A stretch of 64,000 nt of DNA, taken from NCBI GenBank assembly GCA_965637545.1, contig OZ281501.1:18662001-18726000 (forward strand), in the 5' to 3' direction. Within the stretch, counting starts at the first letter, position 1; every line of letters begins with the position of its first letter. Both the position numbers and the translations under genes were made by a program. Below, piece after piece: positions 51,301 through 64,000 of this stretch. The DNA comes from Phallusia mammillata (Eukaryota). Below the pieces are notes generated by a model, which saw only the letters and a list, made by a program, of their open reading frames with translations, did no database searches and was not told the origin of the DNA.

Positions 51301-52969
51301 ACCACTTGCGTTTAAAGCTACATTTAGATCATGAACTACATTGAGATGCAAAGTCGATTTACGATTTACAAGAACTTGAGTGTTTAACAAGCCAGGCCCT
51401 TCTAAGTTGCATAGCCGACTAATGAATCGAGCAATTGACCGGCTGTGTAAATGCACATGGAGTGGCAATGGCACGTGAATACCGACCGCATCGTGTTATG
51501 TATACCTTATCAGCGGTTGTTTCATGTTTCCACTTGTTTATGTTCAAGCATTCCACTACTAATACCCAAATACGATTACTCAAACGATTAATGTATTTCT
51601 CCAAGACAGGAAAAGCCAAACCCGGAATTACGCGGTGTCGAATTTATTTCAGGATAATTGCGAAACTAATTTTTCACCCGAAAATTTCTTTTCCTTTATA
51701 TGTGGATGTTAGTGTAACGTAATTTTATTAAAAAATACATAAAAAATAGAGATACTTAATTTTTTCTTGGCGATGCAAAATTGATTAAACAAGTATCTAA
51801 TTGAGTTTTTTTTTCATAGTCAAATGAAACTGATAATTTTGTACGAGGTCGTCAACCCCCGAAAACGGCGTTTAAGATATATCGATTTGTTATCAACCCC
51901 CTCATGTTCGCAAAATAGCATCTGTGTATTTTGATTTGTCTCCAAAACTCGACGTAATCGTGATGGAACTCAGTGAGTTTTCCTAAAATTTCGCAGAATC
52001 AAATTTATAGCACCTTTGATCTTGGCAAAACTGGTGAACGCTGAACGCTGATTTTTTTCTAGATACCGCCTTCGAACATGCTTCGTATAGGTTTTTATTA
52101 ACAGTACAAAAATATGATTTATACTTAAATCTTACTTTCTGAAAACACAACAAAATCCCGAGGTTTTGTAAAATGTTTGTTTTGATATATTTGCTTGCAC
52201 AAGCGCTAAAAACCTTGTAAATTGTTGTAGCATTTTTCATTATTTTTATTCAACAGATTTTACCAATTAAGCTTGTAGAGACAACAAAGTTTTAATTGCG
52301 TAAAGCCCAAGGCAATTTGTATTACCACGTTTGTAAATTAAATTTTAATGCCTGTACTTTGCGCTATAAAAACTCAATTGAGTGTCGATAATTTCATTTA
52401 CATTTTTTTCGAAAAACAACAAAGCATAAATTGTACAAAAATCATTCAAAAATTAGTAAGCGTTAACATCCAAAAACCTTGAAAGCAGCGCAATAACGGA
52501 GGCAAAAATAAAATGGCGCTGCGTTTTGTTTCAAAAGAGCTTGCATTATTTTTTGGTTGAGGCTTTCAAACGTACATATAGAAACAAATAAGCGGTATCA
52601 TCAGATTTTTAATACGTGTGAAGAAACTTTTAAAGTTGTTGAATGTGGTTTGATGCATTAGTATAATACACAATAGGTAAGATTAGAGTAACATACACCA
52701 GGGCACAGAGCTGCAGCGAAATCAGTGAAAGTTTACTTTTAAAAAGTGCTACAATTACAAAACAGCATGTCAAACAAAATCATAAAATACTTTGCAAAGT
52801 GCATTTATTGCGAAATACTTTACAATCTGACACAGTAGTTTATATGTTTGCTAGTTTCTGCTATAGAGCGATTGCGTTTTTGCTCAACTCGTCGAGTTGC
52901 TTTAAATGACAGCAAAAAAATCGTATTTTACACAGTTAGATTTCGCGGAAATAATCTTGGCAGTGTCCC

Positions 52970-55900
52970 TTAACATTTGGTTAACTTCTTCATGGCGATG
53001 TTAACGAACAGAGTCGCTGGGTTGATGACTTGACACCCGTGTGTTTCCAAATGTACATGGCGATAGCCTGAAAAGAAGAAAAACAATTGTCGCGGTAAAT
53101 TATGAAACACCTTTTGGGTTATATGACATAAGTATGACGAGCAATGCGGTACAACTCTAGTAGTGTTAGCGGCGTCGGCATTTAGTCATGCAACAGTGAC
53201 AAAGAAAATTGGTTAGACTAGAGCTTTTTGTCCATGAGTCATACTTCAACTGGGTGTTATTGACGATTAAATGTCGTTTACTACACAAATACTTTGGTTT
53301 CAGTTCGTTTGAGTTTCTTTTACCTCTACTGATACTATCAATAGGCACAATGTATGACCCCACTAGGTCGTCGTCGCCGTATGTGTCCTTGTCTAGCACT
53401 TTAAACTCCACAAACGCCAGTTCTGGTACTAACACTTTGAACTTAAACGGGTCTTCATTCACCCAGCTGGGGTTAAATCCGTTGTTGCTCACAACTTTGG
53501 TCTTTTGCGTTTGCTTTTAGGAAAAATAACATTGTTGAAGTCTGTGCTAAACTACACAGTAATACCAAGATAAAGGTTAACCAAAATCTTACAATGATAT
53601 TTTCAGTACATGTGCTTCGTATTTTTTAATTAAATGTGCTTCATTTTCAGACATATGTTGCCCCGTACCAATTGCCTTAAAGACTTGTGGACACGTGGTG
53701 CTTATGGTAATTAAGTAAGCTGTAATTGTTTCAAATGAAATCCCCTGAACTTAAGAGCGTTAATTTAATGCTCTCTCGGCATTGTGTCGCTCTGCTACGA
53801 GCCCCCACCCACGCAGAGGGCCGGCCACTTTTCGGCTCTTAAGAAGAACTTTCCGGCCGGCGCCCTTCAATAATTGCCGAACTGAATGATATTAACGTAC
53901 GTTGTCTACGTCACAGCCCAGTATGGAGACCACCACGTAGGGATCGACAACGTCCGAAGACTTTGAAGTTTTGGGTTTGGGCAGCTGCTGTGCCGTGATT
54001 ATCTGAAAAAATATTATTTTTGTTAGTGTTGCGATTCGGAGAACTTGAGATCCGAACAGAGTCAAGACGTCATACCCTAATAGTGATCTCCACGGGATTT
54101 ATGTTGTCGGAGGACTCGCTAACGTCATACGGATTAAAATTTCCCTCCAGAAGCAGTTTGGGTTTTAAGACGTAACCACATCCTCCATTGGTTCGGAACT
54201 TGCACTGATTCATGTATGTTTCACTTTCTTCGGTCTGATAGTTCAGAGCAACTGCAAAATACCGACCACGTGGTTAACACGGAATAAATAGTCTACATGG
54301 CAATATGGACGTGGTGCACTGTCAATCAAATGCCGATCAGAGTGCATACGATGTGTTGTAGTAAGTTTGGAATGTGTGGCTTCTTATTGCCACTAAGTGA
54401 TATACCATGTTGGATAATCTATAGAAAGACAAATGTCATTCACCGTTCGGTGACCCCGTGGACTTATGTTAACATGGGAGTTTTTCGGGATGTCGACGAT
54501 CCACTTGGCAGTCTTGTTACTTTAGGAGGTCAAAAGGTTGGTGGTTCCCAAGCAGCAAAGCATGATGTGACTAATGCTACGTTGTGGTCTACAGATTAAT
54601 TAACGCGAACTTACCAATTTGGCAACCAACATTCCACAAAGCCAGTGGGCTGTAGTTGCTTGAATTTGTCCGCGATCCTTTGGGGTAAATTCGAACCAAT
54701 TGCCATCTGTTGTGTTTTACGAAATCATCGGGCTAAACATAATTTTTAGTTATGTATCAACGTATACTAGCCACGTATGTTGTCTTACAAGGTTTACCTG
54801 TGACATAATTAAGCTTTCTGCCTTGTCCTCGTTTAACGACGAAATTTGTTTATAACACGAGTTTGCATGGGCGTCGTCAAATCCTTTGAAATGTCGACTT
54901 TGCGCGTAAACGACGCATCGCGAAAGTGCAGACGAAAGTTTGATTTTTTTCTGAAAACAAACAACAAGTTATTGTAACAGCATCAAGATAATAAATGATA
55001 GCAAGCTGCAGATGGTGCACAACAACAAGGTATTTACAATTTCCGACACAAGCCAGTTTACTATAAAGTGTGCCCTAGGTCAAGACACGTAAATCTGTTT
55101 GATCATATAATCCTAAAATATGATCTAAAAAACGAAAACAACAAAATATCTCAAGCCGACATATTTCTGATACAATCAATGATAACGCCACTAGCTTGGC
55201 GCGTTTGTTGTCGCTCCTGAACTGAGCGTGCAATCAAAATCCGCCATTTTCTTGGAGCTTCTTCAAGTAACAAAAATGGCGCCTTTAACGATATAGAACG
55301 GTCGGAAGCCTATAATTTAGTTACTGAAAAAATTGACTAGGTAAATTTCATCGTATTAGTCAGGAGACCAGGTCATAATGCAATAATTGAACCAATGTTG
55401 TATAGTGCAAAAATCTTGATCGTATTATTTTCCACTTTTCCATGTTTTTAAAATACGGCATGTGGTCAAAGGCAGCTATAGTTGTTTGGCTTTTGGATAA
55501 TCTAAATCGATAATTTGCTATGAAGGAAACCGAATGCAATTACACAATCGTTACATTGCAGCATTCAGTGAAGTAAAGCAGCACATTTACAAAACTTCTG
55601 TTCATTTTTCGCCCCCGCAACCCGCAATTGGTTTGATATTTATTGTTGTCGGTATTGAAATTACAACTAGCCCCTTCCCCCTCCACTGCATCAAATTGAC
55701 TCTAATACCGTTTGTCACGGTTTTTTGAATGCCGCGGTTAGCGACTACTGACACGACTGGAAATTTCTCCGACTTAATTTTCCCCAGCAGCAATTGTGGT
55801 ACATGTTTTTCAGCGAAATGTCGATTTGCATGAGTTGCAACCCTGGCCTTCATACAAACAACTGACTTTCTGTTACTCTAGGTCACATTTTGAGCTCAAT

Positions 55901-58900
55901 TTATAGCTTTTGTCGCATGGATCAAAGCAAAATTGTATGTTTTTATAAGGTGATAAAACGTTGCGGACAGCAGAACGCATTGCATACTTTGCCCTGTATT
56001 GGAGTTTTTTGCATTAAGTCGTGAAAATTATCTACGGACCATGTAAGCTTGACTGACTGGTAAATCGGTACTACACAGTAGTTCCACAAATAAATATATT
56101 TTTAGCCATTACCTGCATGTTGAATTATTTTTATAGAACTACAAAAATAACCTTGCTTTTTTCGTGTGAATTTCTCTATAAACGCCTAGGAGAAACTTGC
56201 ATGTCTAAAAACGTTTAAACATATATTCCAATAAAATTTTCTGATGCAAATAAAAATTGAAAGCAAAAGTTATGATTTATTTAGTGAATTCCCATGTGTA
56301 TTTGTCGACCAGTCTAGATTTTCTTAACGCAAATCGAAAACACAACTTTGTTATAATTATTTTAATTAATATTTTTCAAGAATAATTTATTAAATTTGAT
56401 TATTAGACGCCGTACTAATTTGTGTTATTTTTTTATTACCACATAAACTGGACCACTAAACGTTTTCTACTTTTTTAGGTTTTAAACCTTTGACTTATTA
56501 ATTTTTATTATTATTGCTATTTAAATACAAAAACAGACAAACAAAACCATCAAACAAACAAACACTAGTAACAACTCCTTTTACTTAAAACCTGAACAGC
56601 TTGCTTTAGTCAGGCAGAGTTTGAATCTTAAAACCCAGCAAATATTTAAACAACTTACTCCAGAGCTTTCAGACTTCTTTTTAATTCCATTTTCTTCAAC
56701 ATCAGCGGCTTCATCCTCATCACTAACTTCCCCATCTTCGTCACTCGCATCCGGATCAACAGGCTTTGAAAGAGTCTTTCCCTTCACCAACACTTTCCCT
56801 GTATATCCAATGTGCCATAAAATATCCCAAATCTCTACAACTTACAAATGCCATGTGGTTGACATGCTCTAATTAATTTCTTCAACTGCTATTATAACAG
56901 GTTATTTTTTTAATTAAGTTGCTGCGAACTACTAATGATTGGAGTTGCTATGTGACGGATTCTTTCCAACTAGTTGCTATTGACCTACTTACTCCGTGGC
57001 TCCTGGCTTTATCTTCTGGTGTTTATCACCAGATAATCGTATAGTAAATTATTTTGCGCCTTTTTGACATTAGATGTGGCCATATTAGGTAAGTTCAAGA
57101 CCGCACATCATCTAAACAAAGCGTCACCAACAGTGTGCACCTTTCATGGCTTCAGGGCTGGGTAGGCAGTCTTCACCGTTACGCACAGGCGATATGAGCA
57201 GCATTGTCCCGAGCACATCCTGTTGTTTGCAAAGCATTATGATGATTCACCAATTGTTAATCGAACCATGTGCCAGTGAAGCAATGAACAATTGACAAAG
57301 TGTTACCAAGGCAGCGTTAGACGTTGTAAACGTGCTTTAAATGACCAACGTTAATCACCAACAAGCTTATCCCAAGTTTTGACTTACCTTCATAATTGCG
57401 GCCATTTTGTTTTGCTGCTCGATGGAGCAATGGTTTTCGATGGATAAAATGACTGGGTACTCCGACACCTGGAAGGGAAACCGATCGGTTCATTGTCGCG
57501 GTGACTTTTGGGACATAACTTAGTCCACTACCTTAAAGGCATAATCCCTTATTGCTTGTATAACATCTGCGAAGCGAATTTTCGAGGTCAAAGTATATCC
57601 ATGATATATGATTGGCTCTCCTTTCTCGCCATCCCAGCAGTCCAGTTCCACACACCTACATCCTCTTTCCAATGCCCTGTGTAAAGTTATCGATAAAGAT
57701 ATTTCCAAAAACTAAGGTTGACCGAACGTTACGGAAAGTATTTTTTCGAAATGAACAAATTTATTAATACGTGACTCATAATTGTGTTTGTACACCACTA
57801 AAAGTCTAAAAAGTGGCAAAATATTATCAACATGCCGTTTCTATGTTTGAGCCTTTAAGAACCAAAAAAAAATGTGCAATGTACGATTTTTGCATTTCGG
57901 AAGACAGATTTTGTGCAATAATCTGTGAGTAAAAGCTAATGACTTTTGGGTTTCATCGGTGTTAAATAGAATAGTGGTTGAAAAATATTTTTTTTTATAT
58001 AAATGGTGTCGTAGAATGCTTGATTTTCGATCCGACGCTATTAAACCACTGCGACTTGGAACTTGATGGAATAAGAATTTAGTAAATCTGGATTTCTTAT
58101 TCATTCAAAACAAACATTGATTCACTAATCGCGAAGTGGTCTAAAATGTATGCCACGAACTGACAAACAAACAAAAGATAAGACTACGGATCTGTAATAT
58201 TTGACATGACTTGGTCGTTTAACAATTTTCTGTGTTACTTCATTGAACAATGTCTTATTGAATGAAAAATGTTATTTTTTTGTAGTCTCTTTACTAATTT
58301 CTTTGTTGCAATCTTGGAAATCCAATAGTTTGAGAAGTTATTTACTGTTAAAACAAACAAGCTCTGTTCAGTTGCAAACATTTAAACTGTGAGAAATATT
58401 TATTGTGGGAACGAGTAATTTTTGTGGTTGGTGATGAAACCGAAAATGTCATGCTTGCATTTTTTTGTTTTTATACCAACAGTCGAACTACTGATTTTAT
58501 GAACTCAGACCAGGTTCAACTGATTAGATCTTGGTTAAACTTGAACTTACAGGTTTTGCAAACTCTGCATTCAAGAATACTTGGGATTTCAAAGCCCCGC
58601 CCCCTTTTTGCAGCGAAGCGCAACATACCTTATGTAACATTCCACACTTGATTTGCCAAAAAGCTGGTCCTCTGTTAAGTACGTGTTGTGTGACGATGCG
58701 ATATAATAGTGTGAAAGCGGTTGCGTCATGTCCATGTGAACCTGCAGAGAAAATTTTATCCAAGTTTTTAGGCCGAAAGTGTGTTGACCTACATCTTCGT
58801 GATGGAATGTTTTAATCGAGAGTTGTGTAACAACAGTTGACGCTGGAGCCTAAGCGCGATCCTACCTTTCGATGTTTGTAGGTAAATATGTCGCCGAAAT

Positions 58901-61900
58901 CAGACAGAAGCAAATAGGTGAAACCGTAGATTGAAATTTTGTCGTCCTTCTTAAAATCCTGGTCGGGTTCATAGGTAGCAATTAAGCGTAACGCGTCTTC
59001 AACCGAGATTTCCTGGTCGTCTTGATCCTCTCGGAAAAACCTGACAAGCTCCTGTCAAAGGTTAAATGGTTTGAAATTTGCCGGTCTGACATTATGCGCG
59101 GCGTACTAATTTTAAGTCTAAATTTGCAGTGGAATGCTAAGGGCATAATATTCGTTGAGGATTTTCTTTGTTTGAGCGTTAGGTACCAGGTGTAGAAAAA
59201 AATCAAAAATCAAAATATTTAAATATATCGATATAAAAGTATCTTCAACATACAACAATATTATCTTTTTTTTGCAAAGCATATGCCATGGTCTTGTTGT
59301 TTGCTTCTATGTTTTGTGTCAATAATTTACGACCGGTGGTGGTTTTTAGCCTGAGGAGTTCTAAGCGGCCTTTTTGGTTTGGGGACATTTAAAATTTCAG
59401 ATGCTAAGTTATGTCACTTGTGTGTGTCGCATCCGCATTGCTTGACCTCAAACATTACGTAATGGTGGTTTTGGGTTGTTTTACGTGACAAGGCGTGACA
59501 TTGTCCATTGCATGGCTTGCGAAAGGTCAAGGCGAGCCCATGACACGGTGATATAGCCGGTGTCTGTGCGCCACGTTTTTCAAATTATGGTTTGATGCAG
59601 ATCCACTTGGCGGATGGCCGCTGTGGGCGTAACACTAATACATGCCGTGCGTGCGTGTTTTCTGTTTGCGCGCCATTTGCACACCTAACCCAGGTGTGGC
59701 TACGGTGCTGGTACAACGTATGCTTGTGTCCAACTAAGGTTGTCGCTGTTGTTTACCAAAATCGACACACTGTTTTCTGAAAACAAACATCTGCTTGTTG
59801 CAGCATTTTTGTTGCATAACATGTATTTTATATTAGAAGTGTCAACCACTGAAAAAGGTGACAAACATTTTCCTATCTGCTATTTTTTGACGATTTGTGT
59901 TGCATAGTTTGCCATTACCAAGATAAAAACTTCACAAATGACGGATATTTAAGAATAAAATTGTCGGAAAAGCGAAATTTTATTAACAGTATGTCTGCCA
60001 ACAATTTACGACTCGTATAGTTTATGCCTCACCATGAGACAAATCTCGATAAAGTGAAACCATTGGCACCTGATCAAAAGCGACATGCGCAACTAAATGA
60101 TTTTCCTTCTGAAACGAGGCCCGATCTCCCGTGGGATTTGATTTCACGTCACGCAACAGCTTGCTTCGTTGGCGGCAGTCTATCGCACCCACGTCATGTG
60201 TTCCGATCTTATTCGTACGCGGGACCTCGCTGTGAGATTATGTCACCGGCGGGAAAGCAGACGCATGACTCCCGGCGAAAAGGCTTTCAATCTCTGGTAT
60301 GATTCACGTTTTGAAAGTGGCGTGGTATTTGCCGTCGTAGGTTGCAAGACCTCCTGTCATTACCACGGCGAACCTGATCCACTAATAAGATAATGCAAAT
60401 GCGCCTTTCAACACCCTTTTGTTTTTCAATGCGTTTTACAAATATTTTATCATGACCCAGTTTCTACAATTTGCATATAAACCCTACGTCGAAAAGGATT
60501 GATTTTCCTCAGTATTACATAGGAACTGACCGGCATGATTCCATCAACTGTTGCGTGATAAAACTTTTGGTGTCATTTTCAAGCTAATCTCCTGATCGCG
60601 TTATTACACGCAAATTGTGTTTCTAGATCTGATAAAAATCACTTTGAAACGGAAGATTTGTAAGATATGTGTCATTTTACCAACCAACTAGCGAAAGTGG
60701 AAAAGATTGTTTTTGTCAAAAACCTAAACATTGTTATTTGTTTGGTTTAAAACTCGGCCAAACGGTGTTTGTAATCTAATTCATGAAATTTCGTGAAAAA
60801 ATCGCCCCAAAAGCGATGCAACCTATCAAATGAAACGGAAACCATTAATAACGGTTAGCATCGGGAAAGGTTTAGATATCCCAATGACACCGTGGTCTTT
60901 GCCCCACGACAGGAAATGCTGTTTGAGCGAATTTCTGAAATGGTTTTACGCATGATCATTCTATTTGCAAATCTGACAGCTAAAATTTGCAGCCGTTTTC
61001 GGGATTTTATGCTGTTTAGGTCAGTGTTCTGCGAATTTTAATTTCAACGAACAGTAGTCTGTATTATTTTTTAGGCCTGGTCAGGTCAGAGATCAGTTCC
61101 GGCGTCCGGAGAAGGTCACCGATGTCGTCTGATCGATTGTCTGTTCACTTTCCGGGCACTTTGTTAGCAATGAGTCACGTATTCATCAGTCCGTCCATGA
61201 ATGATTAATGGTCGCGGCAAAATCAATGCCTGATTCATAAATTTGGTGGGCAACAAAAAATATTAGTGACCTTTGTAGCGCCTGGTTTGCCCAACAGACC
61301 GTGCTCAACAGAGAAACCACGTAAATCGATTGACACATCAGCCGTCGAAAGCGCATCCGCAACTCTCCACACGATCACACGGTGGAGCATGGCACCCCCA
61401 GGTGATGCCAAATGCGTGGCTTTAAACTTTACCTTCTATCAATATTGGTGAAGTGATGTAAACCCCGAACTAATATTTGCTTTTTGTTCAATGACCCTTA
61501 CCCCAGAAAAGTAGGCCACAGTTACAACTGACTTTCTCGGGAACCCGCACAGGTCAACGGCCTTTGTTTTCACGATGTGAAATGAAGCCGACATTTTTAT
61601 ACGAGAGCAGTTTTCATATTTCATATGTATTACCTTCAAGCTTTTCTGTTTTTTGACTCATAAAATGCCGTCAAAAGCAAGCAGTCTCAGGCCTCTGGGT
61701 CGTTAACCCAGCGAATACAGACACCAAAAACGTTTAGGAATGGTTTATCACTGCGTCCTGGGATTAAAGCCCTAAAACAAGCGTTTTAAACTTATTTTGG
61801 GCTTGACCTGGCCTTGTCCTTGTAGTTGTGTGTGTTGACTTTATCTATGGGCCACCGTAGCGAATGCTGGAACTCCAACAGGTGTTTCATGACACAGACA

Positions 61901-63599
61901 AGGCCCGTGTCTAGCAGCCAAGCCCGTGTCTAGCAGCCAAGCCCGTGTCTAGCAGCCAAGCCCGTACACAGTTTCCTATGTCTGAGACAACTATTTTCTG
62001 TTTAGTGAACCTAAAATTTATACCTGATGCTAAATAAAAGTCGAGAGCCGCTTCAATATGCCAGGAAACTAGAGGCTTTGAATTTACCTTGGCGCTAAGT
62101 TTAAGGTCAGCGTCGCAGTAGGACTTGTACAGCCTTTCTATCTCCGGTCTCCACGAAATCTTTTGGAAAAAGTCGCAGAATTCCGGAAAGTTAAGACTCC
62201 CGTCCCCGGAAACGTCGCACTCCTGTGAATAAAATAAGTCGCGAAAATTACAGTTTGAAACAATTTGTAAATTCGCCATCACGACGCCTGAGAACTGTTC
62301 GACCAAGTTCGAACGATCAACTGTATTTAAACACACACTTTACGGTTTGGGAAACTTTAGACAATAAACATGCAAGTCAATACGAATCAGCACGGCATTT
62401 TGACGTCTCCACAATTCTTATGTCATTTTAAAAGCACTTAAATTAGGCTGCGAATTGTATATTGGTGGGTAAAATGACATATCTTATAAATTTTTCCTTT
62501 TTTATCAAATCAAACCCTTTAGAAAAGCACTTTAAACCTAGTATCAGGTCGTTTAGTTCTCTTGAATTAACTTTTCGTGGCCTTATTTAACAGTAGACGC
62601 CAAAGACGCTTTAGAGGCGTTGTACCGATTTGCGACAATAAGGGTCAGGTGTGCATAACGCTCACAAGAGCGCCAACGTCTTGTATGCAAAGTCGTGCAC
62701 GCAGCTTGCGTAGATGCAGGGCGGCATGTTTGGGAGAAAAAAAACGTCGAAGGTGAAGAGCGAACCGGTTTTAGAATTACACAACTAGTTCAATAAAGCG
62801 CCAGTTATATAAGTAGGTATTGCATCAGTTATAACGACGGTTTCCGTTTGCCACCGGCAAAAAAGTCGGATCAAACCAACTATCTTGTTTACCATCGACA
62901 CAGATTATATATTGCGGTAGGCAAGGATGGCAGTACGGTACGGTACCATTGCGTTGACCGTACCTCGTTACGAAGAGCGTACCATACTGTACCACCGTAC
63001 CGTACAAAACGTCAAAAATGAGAACGCACCGTACCGTACTTGAGGTACGGTACTCACATTTGTATCGTACCTTCAAATAAAACAATCGGAATCAGGCGGC
63101 GCTTAAAGGAAGGCTATCCCAAAAAGCTTTACAAGATTTAATAACTTTATTTAACTAATTTCAGAATAAATTACAAATGCCGAGTTAATCTCTGTTATTG
63201 TCATGTGCGCGTTTTGATGATAGGCCTACAGTGCGTGTAACTCAATTTGCATAGCGGTCAGCCAGTAAGCACAAAATATTAAGCAGTGACGTTATCAACT
63301 TTTCTAACCACCTTTTGGTACTGTGAAATGGTGATCAAATCATGTCACAAACTCATGTCATTTGTTTGTGTGTTTGGGTTGGGATTTGTGAGTTATTTTT
63401 GCCATATTTGTTTAATAAACCTTTCTTGGCGCAGGGTAGGCCTAAATACTATATGGTGTTGGTGTCTTTAATCGTTTGGTAGTCGGCTTGTGTCTATTTT
63501 ACATGAATCTCTTGTGGTGAAAATACTTACATTCAGTATCTTTTTGATGTAGGACGACGTCGCTTCAAAGTTCAGCTTGTCCAAAAGTTTTTTGATTTC
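52970..63599 (-). CDS. PLCD: Phosphoinositide phospholipase C, delta type (EF hands, X, Y, C2; PH domain outside the window)
   Basis: Exons in transcription order: 63531-63599, 62088-62222, 58866-59051, 58629-58741, 57532-57676, 57388-57468, 57141-57219, 56659-56798, 54798-54950, 54615-54732, 54076-54251, 53901-54002, 53324-53513, 52970-53067(TAA). Catalytic motifs [44 protein letters not shown] are intact; the protein stops right after C2 (GYRHVHL...[13 protein letters not shown]), as delta isoforms do. Confidence 0.93.
61903..61965. repeat. 19-bp tandem repeat, 3.3 copies
   Basis: GCCCGTGTCTAGCAGCCAA x3 followed by GCCCGT. Confidence 0.95.
62920..63075. repeat. GTACGGTAC/GTACCGTAC-rich quasi-palindromic repeat, probable MITE remnant
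   Basis: Clustered CCGTAC/GTACGG motifs in both orientations; no matching TIR pair or TSD found. Confidence 0.45.
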
Positions 63600-64000
63600 C
63601 TGTTTAAAACAAACATATTTCGCTAGATTTTCTAACCGAGTCGTACATTGGTCACACCGTTTCATGTAAATATGTCTTTATTTTAAACCGTTTTCGTGTG
63701 AATATGTCTTTTTATTTTAACTAATTCACAAGGGTATCTTTTTACATTTTGACTTTTAGGGCCGTAAACCTTTCTTTATAAAAAACGCAACCTAGGGCTG
63801 TTGCCAAATAAAGGTTTTGAAATTTTCAAATGTTCAAATATTTTTTTTTGCTTTCAAATCAAATAATAAAATATTTCCATCAATAATAAATTCCTGAGAT
63901 TTAAGGCCATTATGAAATAAGAATATTTTAAAGTCATTAGACAATAATTGTAAAGTGGCTGTGGTCCTGGGCATTAAATCTATCCACTAAATCTGTTTTT

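Noticed and set aside
48600-52900. 60-114 aa ORFs between P2 and the PLC stop
   Set aside because: No splice-consistent chain or motif; likely PLC 3' UTR and intergenic regulatory DNA.
55602-55853. 83-aa minus-strand ORF as an extra PLC X-Y linker exon
   Set aside because: Flanking exons already join in phase (SESSG|KKIKLS); the ORF begins at a CAGGGTTGC hAT-like end and has no good splice sites.

Overview
AT-rich, intron-dense eukaryotic DNA from an invertebrate chordate, most likely an ascidian (inferred from a DEKA Nav1 with an ankyrin anchor motif, a conserved AT-AC intron and short 58-80 nt introns). Three conserved genes were rebuilt exon by exon from splice sites and reading phase: (1) a 5'-truncated voltage-gated sodium channel Nav1 (+, 979-28082, 37 exon positions), (2) a complete EXOC2/Sec5 (-, 29065-36404, 22 exons, tail-to-tail with Nav1) and (3) a 5'-truncated delta-type phospholipase C (-, 52970-63599). 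Between EXOC2 and PLC are two small spliced genes on the minus strand that the ORF track misses or mis-extends. Both encode a signal peptide and basic cleavage sites and look like peptide-hormone/neuropeptide precursors; one has glucagon/GIP-superfamily-like segments. Other points of note: mutually exclusive duplicated DI S3-S4 voltage-sensor exons, pore substitutions matching known TTX/STX-resistance sites, a U12 AT-AC intron, several hammerhead-ribozyme-like intronic repeats, hAT and pogo-type MITEs with intact target-site duplications, and a 22-bp tandem array of perfect CRE palindromes. All protein-family assignments are by eye; no database search was run.
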